A stretch of DNA of 64,000 nt from Acidobacteriota bacterium (GCA_011523845.1 WTFV01000225.1:8747-72746); one strand, 5' to 3'. Shown: positions 19,382 through 29,403, counted from the first letter of the stretch. Notes: a model not told the origin generated them from the letters alone. Program-made: numbers and translations.

Positions 19382-19986
19382 GCTGGGCGTTGTTCGTCGA
19401 GGGCGACTACGACGAGGTGTTCGTCCAATGGCTGTTGGGATTGCTGAACGTCGAAGACGTCCAGGTCAAAGCTATTGGGGGTGGCGTCTCGAAGCTGCGC
19501 CATGCCGAGAATGAGATTCGCAAGAGTCACGACGAGGGCAGGCGCGTAGCGCCTCTGTTGGATGCGGACACCGATACCGAAAGCACGCGCGCTCAGTTGA
19601 TGCAGGAGGTCCGTCGGCTCGGTCAACCCATTGAGCGTTCATTCCTGCTGCCTGACAACACCGGGGGAGGCGACCTTGAGACGCTGCTGGAGCAGATGGC
19701 TCCGGCAGCGCATCAAGGGGTCTACGGCTGTCTTGACCAGTACGAGAAGTGTCTGCGCACAGCCGACCGCAACTACAGGACCCCGAATCGCAAGGCGCGG
19801 GTCCATGCGTACTGTGACGCGGTAGGCGCCAAGTCCGGACCCGACAAGAACTATGCCGATGCCACTCATTGGGACCCTTCGGTCCCTGGCTTGGAGCCGT
19901 TGCGCCGCTTCTTGCGCGATCTGAACCGGGTCGACGAGACCGCCTTGGATGCGACGCCGGAAGACACGGACGTGGATGCCGACTAA
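19378..19986 (+). CDS. TOPRIM-fold protein, DUF3226-like
   Basis: FVEGDYD, LLDADTD, FLLPDN..GDLETLL; ATGA overlap with the ATPase. Confidence 0.75.
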   Translation: MSWALFVEGDYDEVFVQWLLGLLNVEDVQVKAIGGGVSKLRHAENEIRKSHDEGRRVAPLLDADTDTESTRAQLMQEVRRLGQPIERSFLLPDNTGGGDLETLLEQMAPAAHQGVYGCLDQYEKCLRTADRNYRTPNRKARVHAYCDAVGAKSGPDKNYADATHWDPSVPGLEPLRRFLRDLNRVDETALDATPEDTDVDAD

Positions 19987-20194
19987 CCGTCTCGGCGTTG
20001 CAGCGTCCGCCGGGACGCCTCGGCGACGTCTACGGCGCCTTGTCGCGCGCGACCCTCCTGCTATTCGCCCGGTGTCGCGTTCCGGACAGCTTCGTACCGC
20101 TGAACCGTTGCCTTGATTGGCGCGGCAGCGCTGGCCCGGGCGCCCGCAACCCCACCTGAGCAGTCAACGAGCGACGGGCTCGCGATCGAGCCCG

Positions 20195-21535
20195 TCAGAC
20201 CTCCGTCAGCCGTCCCGTGCTGTCGCCGAGGCGGTCGCGGTGGACGTCCACCTTGTCCAGGATCGACAGCAGCAGGTTGGTCATCGGCGTGCCGTCCGCG
20301 CAGACGACGTGCCGGCCGCCCTGCAGCCGACCGCCGGCGCCGCCGGCCAGCAGCACCGGCAGATCGGTGTGCAGGTGCAGGTTGCCGTTGCTGATGCAGC
20401 CGCCGTAGAGCAGCAGCGCATGATCCAGCAGCGTGCCGTCGCCGTCCGGCGTGGCGCGCAGCCGATCCAGGAAGTAGCGGAACAGGCTGACGTGGTACGT
20501 GTTGATCTTCGCGTGCTTGGCCACCTTGTCGGGCGCGTTGCCGTGGTGCGAGATGGCGTGGTGCGGGTCGGGCACGCCGATGTGGCTGTAGGTGCGCGTC
20601 GACGCTTCCCGCGCGAGCATGAACGTGCTGACGCGCGTGACGTCGGTCTGGAACGCGAGCACCTGCAGGTCGTACATCAGCTTCACGTGGTCGTCGAACA
20701 GCTCGGGCACCCCGACGGGCATCGCCGGCAGCTCGATGTGCTCGCCCACGCGCGCCTCCACCTTCCGGACGCGCTGCTCGACGTCGCGGACGCTGTCCAG
20801 GTACTCGTGCACGCGCGCGGCGTCGGCGGCGCCGAGCCGGCTCCGCAGGCGGCCCACCTCGCCGACGATGGCGTCCAGGATGCTCCGGTCCCGGCCGAGC
20901 TGTCGCCGGCGCGCTTCCGGACCGAGACCCTCGCCGAACAGGCGCTCGAAGACGACGCGCGGGTCGGTCTGCATCGGCAGCGGCGTCGTCGCCGTGCGCC
21001 ACGACAGCGTGTTGACGTAGCTGCACGAGTAGCCGATGTCGCACCCGCCGACGGCGGTGAAGTCCTCGGCGGCCACCTCGAGCGAGCGCAACTGCGTCTC
21101 GCGGCCCATCTCGTCGGCCGCCAGTTGGTCGATCGTCTTGGCTCCGCGAACGTCCGCCCCCTGCGTGCGCTTGGGGTGCACGCCGGTCAGCCAGACCGCG
21201 CTGGCCCGCGCGTGGTCCCCCGAGCCCTCGCCTTCGGCCGCCTCGGCCGGCCGCGAGTCCAGCCCCGACAGGACGACCAGCCGGTCGCGGTGCGGCTCCA
21301 GCGACGCGAGAATCGGCGGCAGATCGAACGCCGTCCCCGCGACGGCGGGCGTCCACTGCTCCATGATCGCGCCGTTCGGGATGTAGGAGAACGCGAGCCG
21401 GCGCACCGGGGCGGCCGCCGTGCGGGACATCGCCGACAGGGCGGGCACCATGGCGTCGAGCAGCGGCAGCGCCACCGTCGCGCCGGCACCGCGCAGAAAC
21501 GTCCGCCGCGGCAAGGCTCTCTTCGTGATGATCAT
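20195..21535 (-). CDS. DUF1552 domain protein (Tat-type signal)
   Basis: RRTFLRGAGATVALPLLDAM, GYSCSY, PRVVFERLFG, FQTDVTRV, HHAISHH, GNLH. Confidence 0.92.
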   Translation of the reverse strand: MIITKRALPRRTFLRGAGATVALPLLDAMVPALSAMSRTAAAPVRRLAFSYIPNGAIMEQWTPAVAGTAFDLPPILASLEPHRDRLVVLSGLDSRPAEAAEGEGSGDHARASAVWLTGVHPKRTQGADVRGAKTIDQLAADEMGRETQLRSLEVAAEDFTAVGGCDIGYSCSYVNTLSWRTATTPLPMQTDPRVVFERLFGEGLGPEARRRQLGRDRSILDAIVGEVGRLRSRLGAADAARVHEYLDSVRDVEQRVRKVEARVGEHIELPAMPVGVPELFDDHVKLMYDLQVLAFQTDVTRVSTFMLAREASTRTYSHIGVPDPHHAISHHGNAPDKVAKHAKINTYHVSLFRYFLDRLRATPDGDGTLLDHALLLYGGCISNGNLHLHTDLPVLLAGGAGGRLQGGRHVVCADGTPMTNLLLSILDKVDVHRDRLGDSTGRLTEV

Positions 21536-21589
21536 CTGCGTCGCTCCCTCCGATTCACCGGCGAGACTCCGCCGGCGGCGTCTCGCCCG

Positions 21590-21691
21590 GCAATCGTCGC
21601 CTGACGGCACCTGTTGCCGCCGACGACCCGCGCCGGAAACCCGGCTGCCCGCTTCGCCGGCGATCGTCGCCTGACGGCGCCTGTTGCCGCC
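21590..21691. repeat. 70-bp-period direct duplication
   Basis: ATCGTCGCCTGACGGC(A/G)CCTGTTGCCGCC present twice. Confidence 0.75.
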
Positions 21692-21704
21692 CAACCAAGC
21701 CTTT

Positions 21705-21743
21705 CCGGACGTCTGCCCCGCTGCTACGGCGCAGACCTCCCGG
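21705..21743. repeat. REP-like palindrome, family C, containing the DUF1592 gene stop codon
   Basis: CCGGACGTCTGCCCCG-CTGCTA-CGGCGCAGACCTCCCGG. Confidence 0.55.
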
Positions 21744-24357
21744 GCGCCCCTGCCGCGTGATCCGCCGCATCGTCCGGCGCGCGCCGCTTCATCTTCATGC
21801 GGAACGCATCGCTCATGACGATGCCGGCGACGATCGACGAAAACCGATAATCCTGCTCGGCGGCCCGCGCGACGATCCGGCGCACCGCGGGCGCGTCGTA
21901 GTACTCCAGCCCCCGTCCGACGGCGTATGTCAGCAGCTTGCGCGTGAACGTCTCGACGAACGTGCCGGGCCGCTTCAGGATCGCCTCACGCAGCTCGCGC
22001 GGTCCGTCGAACGCGGTCCCGTCGGGCAGCACGTCCGAGGCGTCGATCGGCCGGCCGTCGGCGCCGGTGCCGCGCCAGCGGCCGATGGCATCGAAGTTCT
22101 CGAGCCCGAACCCGTACGGATCCATGCGCGCATGACACGTGGCGCAGGCGGGGTTCGCGCGGTGCCGCGTGAGGCGCTCGCGGATGGACAGGCCCGCGGC
22201 GCTGCCCGTGTCCTCGAGGTCCGGCACGTCCGGCGGCGGAGGAGGCGGCGGCGCGCCGAGCAGGTTCTCGAGAATCCAGTTCCCGCGCAGCACGGGGGAA
22301 GTCCGCGTCGCGTAGGAGGTGACCGTCAGCACACTGCCGTGGCCCAGCAGCCCGCGCCGCGCCTCGTCGGTCACCGGCACGCGCCGGAACCGGTCGCCGT
22401 AGACGCCCCGCATCCCGTAGTGGCGCGCCAGGCGCTCGTTCACGAACGTGTAGTCGGCGGTCAACAGGTCGAGGACGCTGCGGTCCTCCTGCACGATGCT
22501 CTCGAAGAACAGCTCGGTCTCACGCTGCAGCGCACGCCGCAGGTTGTCGTCGAAGTCCGGGAACGTCGGCGGGTCGGGATGGGTATTGCCCAGGTTCCGC
22601 AGATAGAGCCACTGCCCGGCGAAGTTCTCCACCAGCGCCGCCGCGCGGGGATCGGCCAGCATGCGCCGCACCTGCCGCGTCAGCTCCGCCGGGTCTGCCA
22701 GGCGCCCGCGCTCGGCCGCCGCCAGCAGCTCCTCGTCGGGGATGCTGCTCCAGAGAAAGAACGACAGCCTCGAGGCGAGATCCAGGTCGGTCAGCGCATA
22801 GACGGCGCCGGCCTCGACAGCGGCGGGCTCGGTCTCCAGCCGGAAGATGAACTGCGGGCTGGCCAGGACGAAGCGCAGCGCCAGCTCGATGCCGGCCTCG
22901 AAGCCGCCGTCGCGGCTGCCTTCCCGGTAGAAGTCGATCAGCCGGTCGAGCTCCGGCGTTTCCAGCGGACGGCGGTAGGCCTGCCGGCCCAGCCGCGAGA
23001 GAATCGAGCGGGCGCACGGCAGCTCGCCGGCGGGAGCCTCGGGACGGCAGGTGAAGATGCGCCGCCGGCTCGGCGTGTCCTCCGGCCGAACGGCATCGAA
23101 CGGCCCGGCGATCAGCACGCTGTCGACATCCGGCAGGCCCCGCCGGCTGCTCGTACCCACGAAGCTGCGCAGAAACGGCCGCGCTACCTCTTCCGACAGC
23201 GCCGCGGGCCGGCCGACGAACGCGGCGACGATCTCGTGACGTCCGGCCGCGATCGGCAGCCGGACGCGCATCGAGTCGTCCGCGGTGAACGCCTTCGTGG
23301 CGGTCTGGCCCGGGTTCTGCTCGTTGATCACGATCGGCCGGTAGGCGTCCTCGCTGCCGACCGGGAACAGGGCGACCCGCTCGCCGTCCAGCGTCAGCTC
23401 GACCTGGTGCTCCTCGCCGATTCCGCGGATGGCGCCCACCGCGGTCCGCCGCAGCCGCACGCGAATCTCGTACTCCGCGTCGACCGGGAAGTGCTCCGCG
23501 ACGCGGACGCCGCCCCGGGTGCCGAGCGGCAGGTCGCGCAGGTGGTAGTCCTGGGTCAGGTCCTCGGGCGTCTTGTGGGTGACGGTGACGGCCGGGATTG
23601 CCGGGCTGCCGACGGCCAGCCGGCTGACCTTGCGCGCCGTCGTGACGGTGCTCTCGATGAGCAGCGGCGACACCCCCAGGGCGTCCGCGATGTTGTCGAA
23701 GCCGTAGGTGGAGTCGTCGGCGGGCAGCGCGCTGACGTCGGCGGCCACGCCCAGCAGATCGCGCACGGCGTTGCGGTACTCCGTGCGGTTCATGCGGTGG
23801 AGCAGCGGGCGTCCCGGGGCGGGGCGCTCGAGCGCGGCCGTATCGAGCGTCGTCTCCAGCCAGGAGGCGAAGGCGCTGTACGCGGCCCCCGCCGGCCGCG
23901 GGCGCCCCACCGGCGGCATGGTTCGGCTGCGAAGCTTCTGCACCACCTTCTCCCACAGCTCGGGGTGGGCGGCGACGTGCTCCGCGGAGACATCGACCTC
24001 GTCCAGGGCGAGTCCGGCCGTCCGCAACCGTCCGTTGTGGCAGGTCACGCAATAGCGCTGCACGAGCGCGGCGTGGTCCCCTGGCGCCGCCGCGGCGCGT
24101 GCCCCGGCGGGTTGCGGCGCCGGCGCCGTGGCCGCTCCGGCGGCGGGTGCGCCGGCGGCGTGCGGCGCCTGCGCCGTGGCCGTCGCCGCGGCAGCTACGG
24201 CGGGACCCGCCGCGGCGGCGGGTGCGCCGGCGGCGTGCGGCGCCCGGGCCGCGGCCCCTGCTCCGGCCGCCTGCGGCGGCGCCTGGGCCGTGGCCACTCC
24301 CGCCAGCAGGCTGCCGACCAACCACACTGGCAGCCCGTAGCGAATGCCCCGCTGCAT
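21724..24357 (-). CDS. DUF1592/DUF1587/DUF1588-domain c-type cytochrome protein
   Basis: CVTCH and CATCH, RMNRTEYRNAVRDLLG, GFDN, LASRLSFFLWSSIPD, RTSPVLRG. Start uncertain; the ATG at 24357 precedes a signal peptide. Confidence 0.9.
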   Translation of the reverse strand: MQRGIRYGLPVWLVGSLLAGVATAQAPPQAAGAGAAARAPHAAGAPAAAAGPAVAAAATATAQAPHAAGAPAAGAATAPAPQPAGARAAAAPGDHAALVQRYCVTCHNGRLRTAGLALDEVDVSAEHVAAHPELWEKVVQKLRSRTMPPVGRPRPAGAAYSAFASWLETTLDTAALERPAPGRPLLHRMNRTEYRNAVRDLLGVAADVSALPADDSTYGFDNIADALGVSPLLIESTVTTARKVSRLAVGSPAIPAVTVTHKTPEDLTQDYHLRDLPLGTRGGVRVAEHFPVDAEYEIRVRLRRTAVGAIRGIGEEHQVELTLDGERVALFPVGSEDAYRPIVINEQNPGQTATKAFTADDSMRVRLPIAAGRHEIVAAFVGRPAALSEEVARPFLRSFVGTSSRRGLPDVDSVLIAGPFDAVRPEDTPSRRRIFTCRPEAPAGELPCARSILSRLGRQAYRRPLETPELDRLIDFYREGSRDGGFEAGIELALRFVLASPQFIFRLETEPAAVEAGAVYALTDLDLASRLSFFLWSSIPDEELLAAAERGRLADPAELTRQVRRMLADPRAAALVENFAGQWLYLRNLGNTHPDPPTFPDFDDNLRRALQRETELFFESIVQEDRSVLDLLTADYTFVNERLARHYGMRGVYGDRFRRVPVTDEARRGLLGHGSVLTVTSYATRTSPVLRGNWILENLLGAPPPPPPPDVPDLEDTGSAAGLSIRERLTRHRANPACATCHARMDPYGFGLENFDAIGRWRGTGADGRPIDASDVLPDGTAFDGPRELREAILKRPGTFVETFTRKLLTYAVGRGLEYYDAPAVRRIVARAAEQDYRFSSIVAGIVMSDAFRMKMKRRAPDDAADHAAGAPGRSAP

Positions 24358-24465
24358 TCGAGCGGCGATGCATCCCGTCTGGACGGCGCTCCCCTTCGGT
24401 CGAGCACGCTCGACGGCCGCCCCGCCGCTCTCGGTGCCGCGCGGCGTTCCACCCCGGACTGCCAG
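24327..24465 (+). mobile_element. MITE-like family B copy (terminal inverted repeats)
   Basis: TIR CTGGCAGCCCG / CGGACTGCCAG; core CCCCGCTGCATTCGAGCGGCGATGCATCCCG shared with the 57610, 58666 and 63456 copies. Confidence 0.75.
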
Positions 24466-24616
24466 GACGGCGCATCCCACGAACCCGGTCCGCCGTCCGC
24501 TCCGCATCCTCACCTCCGTGCCCCGCGGCGTCGCGGCAACGACGGACGGCTCACCCCGAGCGGCGCCCGCCGTCCGCTCTGAATCGTCACCCGTGCCCTA
24601 CGCAGGTCGCATGGCA

Positions 24617-26155
24617 TCACCGAGAGGCCGCGCGATCCGCCTCGCCCTCGGGAGCCGGAGTCGGCTCGGCGCCGAGCTCCCGCAGCAACGCCGCCGCGTT
24701 GTCGCGCCGGATCACGCTGGCCACCTGGTTGAACCCCTGCTCGGCGAGATCCAGCGCGTTCCTTTCCAGCTCGTCCTGGAAGTCCGTCCGGGCGCCGGCC
24801 TCGACCAGGCGCCGGATGATGCTGTTCGCGGCCCGGTAGACCGCGCCGTGCAGCGCCGTCTGGCCGTTGGCGTTGCTCGCGTTGACGTCGACGCCGGCAG
24901 CCAGCGCGATATTGACCGCCTCGAGCGCATCGTGCTCGGATCGAAACTGCCGCGACCCCTCGACGTGCCCCACCCCGGCGGCCAGCATCACCGCCGTATT
25001 GTTGGCGTAGGTCGCCAGCCGCTCGTCCGCGCCATGCGCCGCCAGTACCCGCATCGCCTCCACGTCGGCCGCCTGGGCGGCCAGCACGTACGGCGTCGCC
25101 CCGCCCAGGTTGACGCGGTTGTCCATGAGGGGCCGGCCGGCGCTGAAGATCTCCTCGTCGGTCCACCGCTCGTGCACTATCGGCACCGGCTCCGTCCGGG
25201 CATTCGGATCCGCGCCGCGCTCCAGGAGCATCCGCATCAGCTCCAGGCCGTCGAGCTGGGAATGATCCCGCCCCGTGCCGTCGACGAACTGGTTGGCCAC
25301 GCGGCGCTGCGGCGCCCGGGCGCGCACCAGGTCGTGCAGGATGGCGTTGCCCCGGCCGTCGCGCGCGTTCGGGTCGGCGCCCGCGTCCAGCAGCATCGCC
25401 GCCGCCGTGTAGTGGCCGATGGTCACGGCCAAGCTCAGCAGACTGCCCGTAGCGGGCTCCCGGCCCGCGGCCCGCGCGGCGGGGTCGGGTATGCGCGCGT
25501 TCACCTCGGCGCCCGCCGCAATGAGCAGGCGCAGCGCATCGCGGGCGTCCTGCCGCACCGCGAACATCAGCGCCGTGAAGCCGCCCGTCGAGGACGCGTC
25601 GACGGCGGCGCCGCTCTCGAGCAGCAGGCGCATGACCGGGACGTGGTTCTCGGCAGCGGCCCACATCAGGGGGGTCTGCCCGCGCCAGGCATCCACCGCG
25701 TCGATGTCGGCCCCGCGGGCAAGCAGCGCCCGCACCGCGGCGACGCGCCCGGTGCGCGCGCAGGTCAGGATGGGAGGTTCCCCGGTCTGCGCCAGATGCG
25801 GGTCCGCACCCGCGTCCAGCAGGCGCGCGACCACGGCAGTACCGGCGTTGGCGCAGGCGAGCGCGAGCGGGGTGGATCCGTTCCGGTTGACGGCGTCGGG
25901 ATCCGCGCCGGCACCGAGCAGCAGGGCCGCCAGCTCGGCATCGTCGCCATAGGCCGCCCAGTGCAGCGCGGTGGTGCCGTCCACCTGCGACGCGTCGACG
26001 TCTACGCCTTGCTCTTGCAGCAGACGTGCGACCGCGGCGCGATCACCTGCCCGCGCCAGCTCCGGCAGCCGGGAATCGGGCTCGTTGCCCTGGAGCCCGG
26101 CGCTCGCGAGCGGCAGCAACAGGAGCAGTGACGCGAGCCTTCCTGGCTTTCCCAT
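24617..26155 (-). CDS. secreted ankyrin repeat protein
   Basis: Signal peptide; repeated GTTALHWAA, GQTPLMWAA, GFTALMFAV, GQTALHGAV units. Confidence 0.93.
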   Translation of the reverse strand: MGKPGRLASLLLLLPLASAGLQGNEPDSRLPELARAGDRAAVARLLQEQGVDVDASQVDGTTALHWAAYGDDAELAALLLGAGADPDAVNRNGSTPLALACANAGTAVVARLLDAGADPHLAQTGEPPILTCARTGRVAAVRALLARGADIDAVDAWRGQTPLMWAAAENHVPVMRLLLESGAAVDASSTGGFTALMFAVRQDARDALRLLIAAGAEVNARIPDPAARAAGREPATGSLLSLAVTIGHYTAAAMLLDAGADPNARDGRGNAILHDLVRARAPQRRVANQFVDGTGRDHSQLDGLELMRMLLERGADPNARTEPVPIVHERWTDEEIFSAGRPLMDNRVNLGGATPYVLAAQAADVEAMRVLAAHGADERLATYANNTAVMLAAGVGHVEGSRQFRSEHDALEAVNIALAAGVDVNASNANGQTALHGAVYRAANSIIRRLVEAGARTDFQDELERNALDLAEQGFNQVASVIRRDNAAALLRELGAEPTPAPEGEADRAASR

Positions 26156-26294
26156 GGTGTATTGCCCGTTTACGCTCGTCGCCGAAGGCCGACCACACAT
26201 ACAGGGGCCCGCCTGGCGTCGCGCGCAAACACACGGAATGCCGCATCCTATCCGAGCGGCGCCCGAACAATCAACGGTTGGCCCGCGCTGGCTC

Positions 26295-26332
26295 GGCGTC
26301 TTCTGCGGGGTTTCCACGACGCAGACTCCTGG
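26295..26332. repeat. degenerate family C palindrome
   Basis: TCTGCG...CGCAGACTCCTGG matches the right arm of family C. Confidence 0.35.
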
Positions 26333-26336
26333 CGCT

Positions 26337-27491
26337 TCAAAGCGCCGCGATCCGGGCACGCAGATCGACCACGTCGGTGTCCGGCAGCATCGTGATGCCG
26401 TGGTCGATCCGTGAGGCCTCGCGCGTGGGGCACACGATGAACAGGTGATCGAGCGCGAGCGTTTCCATGGCGGTCCGCATCGCCTTCGTCACGCGCGGCG
26501 CCTCGTTGAACTTCACCTCGAATCCGATGCGCCGGCCGCGCTCCACCACCATCAGGTCCAGCTCGCCGCCGCCGTGCGCGCCCCAGAACCAGGCGTCGCG
26601 GCACCGCAGCGCACGCAGGATCTGCTCGATGGCGAACCCCTCCCAGGACGCACCGACGCGGGGGTGGCCGAGCAGCGCCATCGCGTCGGGGATGCCGAGC
26701 AACGCGTGCAGGAGACCCGTGTCGCGCAGGTAGACCTTCGGCGCCTTCACCTGGCGCTTCGCGACGTTCTCGAACCAGGGCTGAAGCTGGCGGACCATGT
26801 AGGTGCCGGTCAGCAGGTCCAGGTAGCCCCGCACGGTCTTGTCGGACACCCCGAGCGCCCGTCCCAGCTCGGACGCGTTCCACGTCTGACCGTGCCAGTG
26901 CGCCAGCATCGTCCAGAAACGTCGCATGGCGGGGGCGGGAATACGAATGCCGAGTTGCGGCACGTCGCGTTCCAGAAACGTGCGCACGAACCCGTCGCGC
27001 CATGCCATGCTGTCGTCATCCGACGCAGCCAGGTACGATCGCGGCAGCCCGCCGCGCAACCAGAGCCTGCGGCGGGTCTCCGGACCGGTCTCGCCGAGGT
27101 CGAAACCGGTCAGCTCAACGAACTCCACACGACCCGCCAGCGACTCCGACACGCCGCGCACCAACTCCGGCGACGCGCTGCCCAGGATCAGGAAGCGGGC
27201 TTGCCTGTCGGGCCGATCCACCAGGACGCGCAGGGCGCTGAACAGTTGCGGGAGGTGCTGGATCTCATCCAGCACGACAAGTCCGTCGAGGTCGCCCAGG
27301 ACCAGCTCCGGGTTCGCGAGCCGGCGCACATCCGGCGCCGAGTCGAGGTCGAAGATGGTCGCTTCCCGGGTCGCGGCGAGTTGCCGGGCAAGAGTCGTCT
27401 TGCCGCACTGCCGCGGTCCGAGCAGCGCCGTGATCGGAGACCTGCCGAGCGCAATCTCGAGTTGCTTCAGATAGGTGACGCGCTCGATCAC
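26337..27491 (-). CDS. AAA_14 ATPase with DUF4143 domain
   Basis: GPRQCGKTT, LDEIQ, LGSAS, SESLAGR, RGGLP, KAPKVYLRDTG, ELDL..GFEVK. Confidence 0.93.
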   Translation of the reverse strand: MIERVTYLKQLEIALGRSPITALLGPRQCGKTTLARQLAATREATIFDLDSAPDVRRLANPELVLGDLDGLVVLDEIQHLPQLFSALRVLVDRPDRQARFLILGSASPELVRGVSESLAGRVEFVELTGFDLGETGPETRRRLWLRGGLPRSYLAASDDDSMAWRDGFVRTFLERDVPQLGIRIPAPAMRRFWTMLAHWHGQTWNASELGRALGVSDKTVRGYLDLLTGTYMVRQLQPWFENVAKRQVKAPKVYLRDTGLLHALLGIPDAMALLGHPRVGASWEGFAIEQILRALRCRDAWFWGAHGGGELDLMVVERGRRIGFEVKFNEAPRVTKAMRTAMETLALDHLFIVCPTREASRIDHGITMLPDTDVVDLRARIAAL

Positions 27492-27504
27492 TCAGTCAGT
27501 CTAC

Positions 27505-27539
27505 CTTGAAAACTCGGAGGAAGACTCCGAATTTTCAAG
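27505..27539. promoter_or_regulatory. AT-rich inverted repeat upstream of the AAA/DUF4143 gene (putative operator)
   Basis: CTTGAAAACTCGGA-N7-TCCGAATTTTCAAG, next to the -10 TAGACT (minus strand, 27498-27503). Confidence 0.6.
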
Positions 27540-27564
27540 ACGAAACGTTGCCGGCACCCAGTTC

Positions 27565-28530
27565 CTAGCGCCCCGACCCTTGCACGCGGCGCTTGATCTC
27601 CAGGTTGACGCGCGTGCCGTACAGGGTGATGCCCGACAGGCGCGAGAAGTAGTCGTAGGCCACGGCCGAGACCGCCTCCACCACCGCGCCGCCGTTGCCC
27701 CCGTAGTTGGACATCACCGAGATCACGTAGGGGCGGTCGGGCACATCCACCAGTCCCCAGACGGTCGCCACCCCGGTGATGCCGCCGGGCTTGAACGCGA
27801 TCGGCACCTGTCTCGGCACCGGGTTCCGTATGGGTCCGCCCTTGTAGATTTCGAGGATCTCCCGCACGCGCGCACAGCCGGTCTTGCTCATCGGCAGATC
27901 GCAACTCGCGATCCGCTCCATGATCAGCGCCGCATCGCGGGGCGTCGACAGGTTCTCGTCGCCGCGCACGGACGCCTCCGGCCGTTGCATCTTGCGCGCC
28001 AGCCGCGTGCGGCCGGCCCCGAGCGAAGCCGAGAGCGCGTTGACCGCGTCCATCCCCAGCACGTCGATGAGCACGTTGGTGGACGTGTTGTCCGAGTAGA
28101 CGATCATGTAGATCGCGTGATCCTCCAGGGAGAGAGAAGACCCGCCGTCGGTAAGATGACGCAGCACGCCGCTCCCGCCGGTCCGCACCTCGTCGGTGAC
28201 GTCGACGCGGCGGCGCAGCAGGCCCGGCTCCGACTCGGCCCGCCGGAAGAGCTCCAGCAGCATCGGGACCTTGATGGTGCTGGCCTGCGGGAACAACAGC
28301 TCGTCGTTTACCCCGAAGCGGTCGCCGCTGGTCAGATCGACAAGGTGCACGCCGGCAACGCCCTCGTATTCGTCGACGATGCGCTCCAGCTCCGCCTGGA
28401 GCTTGCCGTGCAGGATCTCGAGGTGCTTCTCCTGGGCCGCCAGCGGAGCCGCCAGCCACAGCAACAACGCGGAGGCCGCGACACCAAAACGCACCGTCCG
28501 GGTCGACGCCATGCGCTGGAACAACGTCAT
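27565..28530 (-). CDS. class A beta-lactamase-like serine hydrolase
   Basis: STIK (SxxK), YSDN, FKPGG; signal peptide. Confidence 0.88.
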   Translation of the reverse strand: MTLFQRMASTRTVRFGVAASALLLWLAAPLAAQEKHLEILHGKLQAELERIVDEYEGVAGVHLVDLTSGDRFGVNDELLFPQASTIKVPMLLELFRRAESEPGLLRRRVDVTDEVRTGGSGVLRHLTDGGSSLSLEDHAIYMIVYSDNTSTNVLIDVLGMDAVNALSASLGAGRTRLARKMQRPEASVRGDENLSTPRDAALIMERIASCDLPMSKTGCARVREILEIYKGGPIRNPVPRQVPIAFKPGGITGVATVWGLVDVPDRPYVISVMSNYGGNGGAVVEAVSAVAYDYFSRLSGITLYGTRVNLEIKRRVQGSGR

Positions 28531-28855
28531 CTCGATGCCTCCTGACTGTCTGCCTGCCCACCTGCCCGTGCGGGTTCTTCGCTCCATCGTCGTCCGCTCG
28601 CCATCCGACGTGCTCCAGAGTGCCGCATCGTACACGAGGGGATCGGCCTCATCATTGCATATTCATGACGACCCACCTGCTGCTCGGCGGTGCGTACCAG
28701 CACATCGCGGACCGGTGGTGTGGCGCGGGCAGCCGCACGCGGGCGTCGGGCAGCCGCACGCGGTGCGCCCCGGCGGAGGAGCCTCGCCCGATCCGCCACG
28801 CCGTATCCACGCGACTCAGTGATGACATGAAGCACACAATCTGCTAGATTCCGGC

Positions 28856-29131
28856 ATGAAGCACTTCAACTGGGATCCGGAGAAGAACGGCCGGTTGAAG
28901 CGGGAGCGGAACATCTCCTTCGAAGAGGTGGTCTTTCACATCGAGAACGGTGACGAGGTGGACGTCTTCGAGCATCCGAACCAGGATAGATACCCGGGGC
29001 AGAGGGTGTCTGTCGTAGCCGTCGACGGCTACGCGTATCTCGTCCCGTTCGTCGAATCGGAAGCAGAAGTGTTTCTCAAGACCATCATCCCGAGTCGAGC
29101 GGCCACGAAGCGGTACCTGGGAGAGTCATGA
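28856..29131 (+). CDS. BrnT-family toxin
   Basis: FNWDPEKN..LKRERNISFEE, YAYLVPF, LKTIIPSR. Confidence 0.88.
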   Translation: MKHFNWDPEKNGRLKRERNISFEEVVFHIENGDEVDVFEHPNQDRYPGQRVSVVAVDGYAYLVPFVESEAEVFLKTIIPSRAATKRYLGES

Positions 29132-29403
29132 TGGCGCAACTGACCAGGGAGGAACGGGAAATCGTCAAGGCCTTCGAGGCCGGTACGCTGCAGTCCCCGC
29201 CGGACCGGTCGGCGATCCTGAAGGCGCACCGGGAGTACGCCGCAGCGACGTTCCGCAAGGATCGGCGAGTGAACGTGAGGATCTCCAGTCGGGACCTCGA
29301 TGCCCTCAGGAAGAGAGCTCTGTCGGAGGGCATCCCCTACCAGACTCTGATCTCCAGCGTGCTGCACAAGTATGTCGAGGGTACGCTGCGGCCGACCGAC
29401 TGA
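29128..29403 (+). CDS. BrnA/CopG-like RHH antitoxin
   Basis: KDRRVNVRISSRDL..EGIPYQTLISSVLHKY; overlaps the toxin. Confidence 0.88.
   Translation: MMAQLTREEREIVKAFEAGTLQSPPDRSAILKAHREYAAATFRKDRRVNVRISSRDLDALRKRALSEGIPYQTLISSVLHKYVEGTLRPTD

Noticed and set aside
19997-20151. Possible additional MITE with imperfect terminal inverted repeats
   Set aside because: Single copy in the window and weak TIR match.
27565-28530. Bona fide beta-lactam resistance gene
   Set aside because: The omega-loop ExxLN motif is not evident and KTG is replaced by KPG, so activity cannot be inferred.
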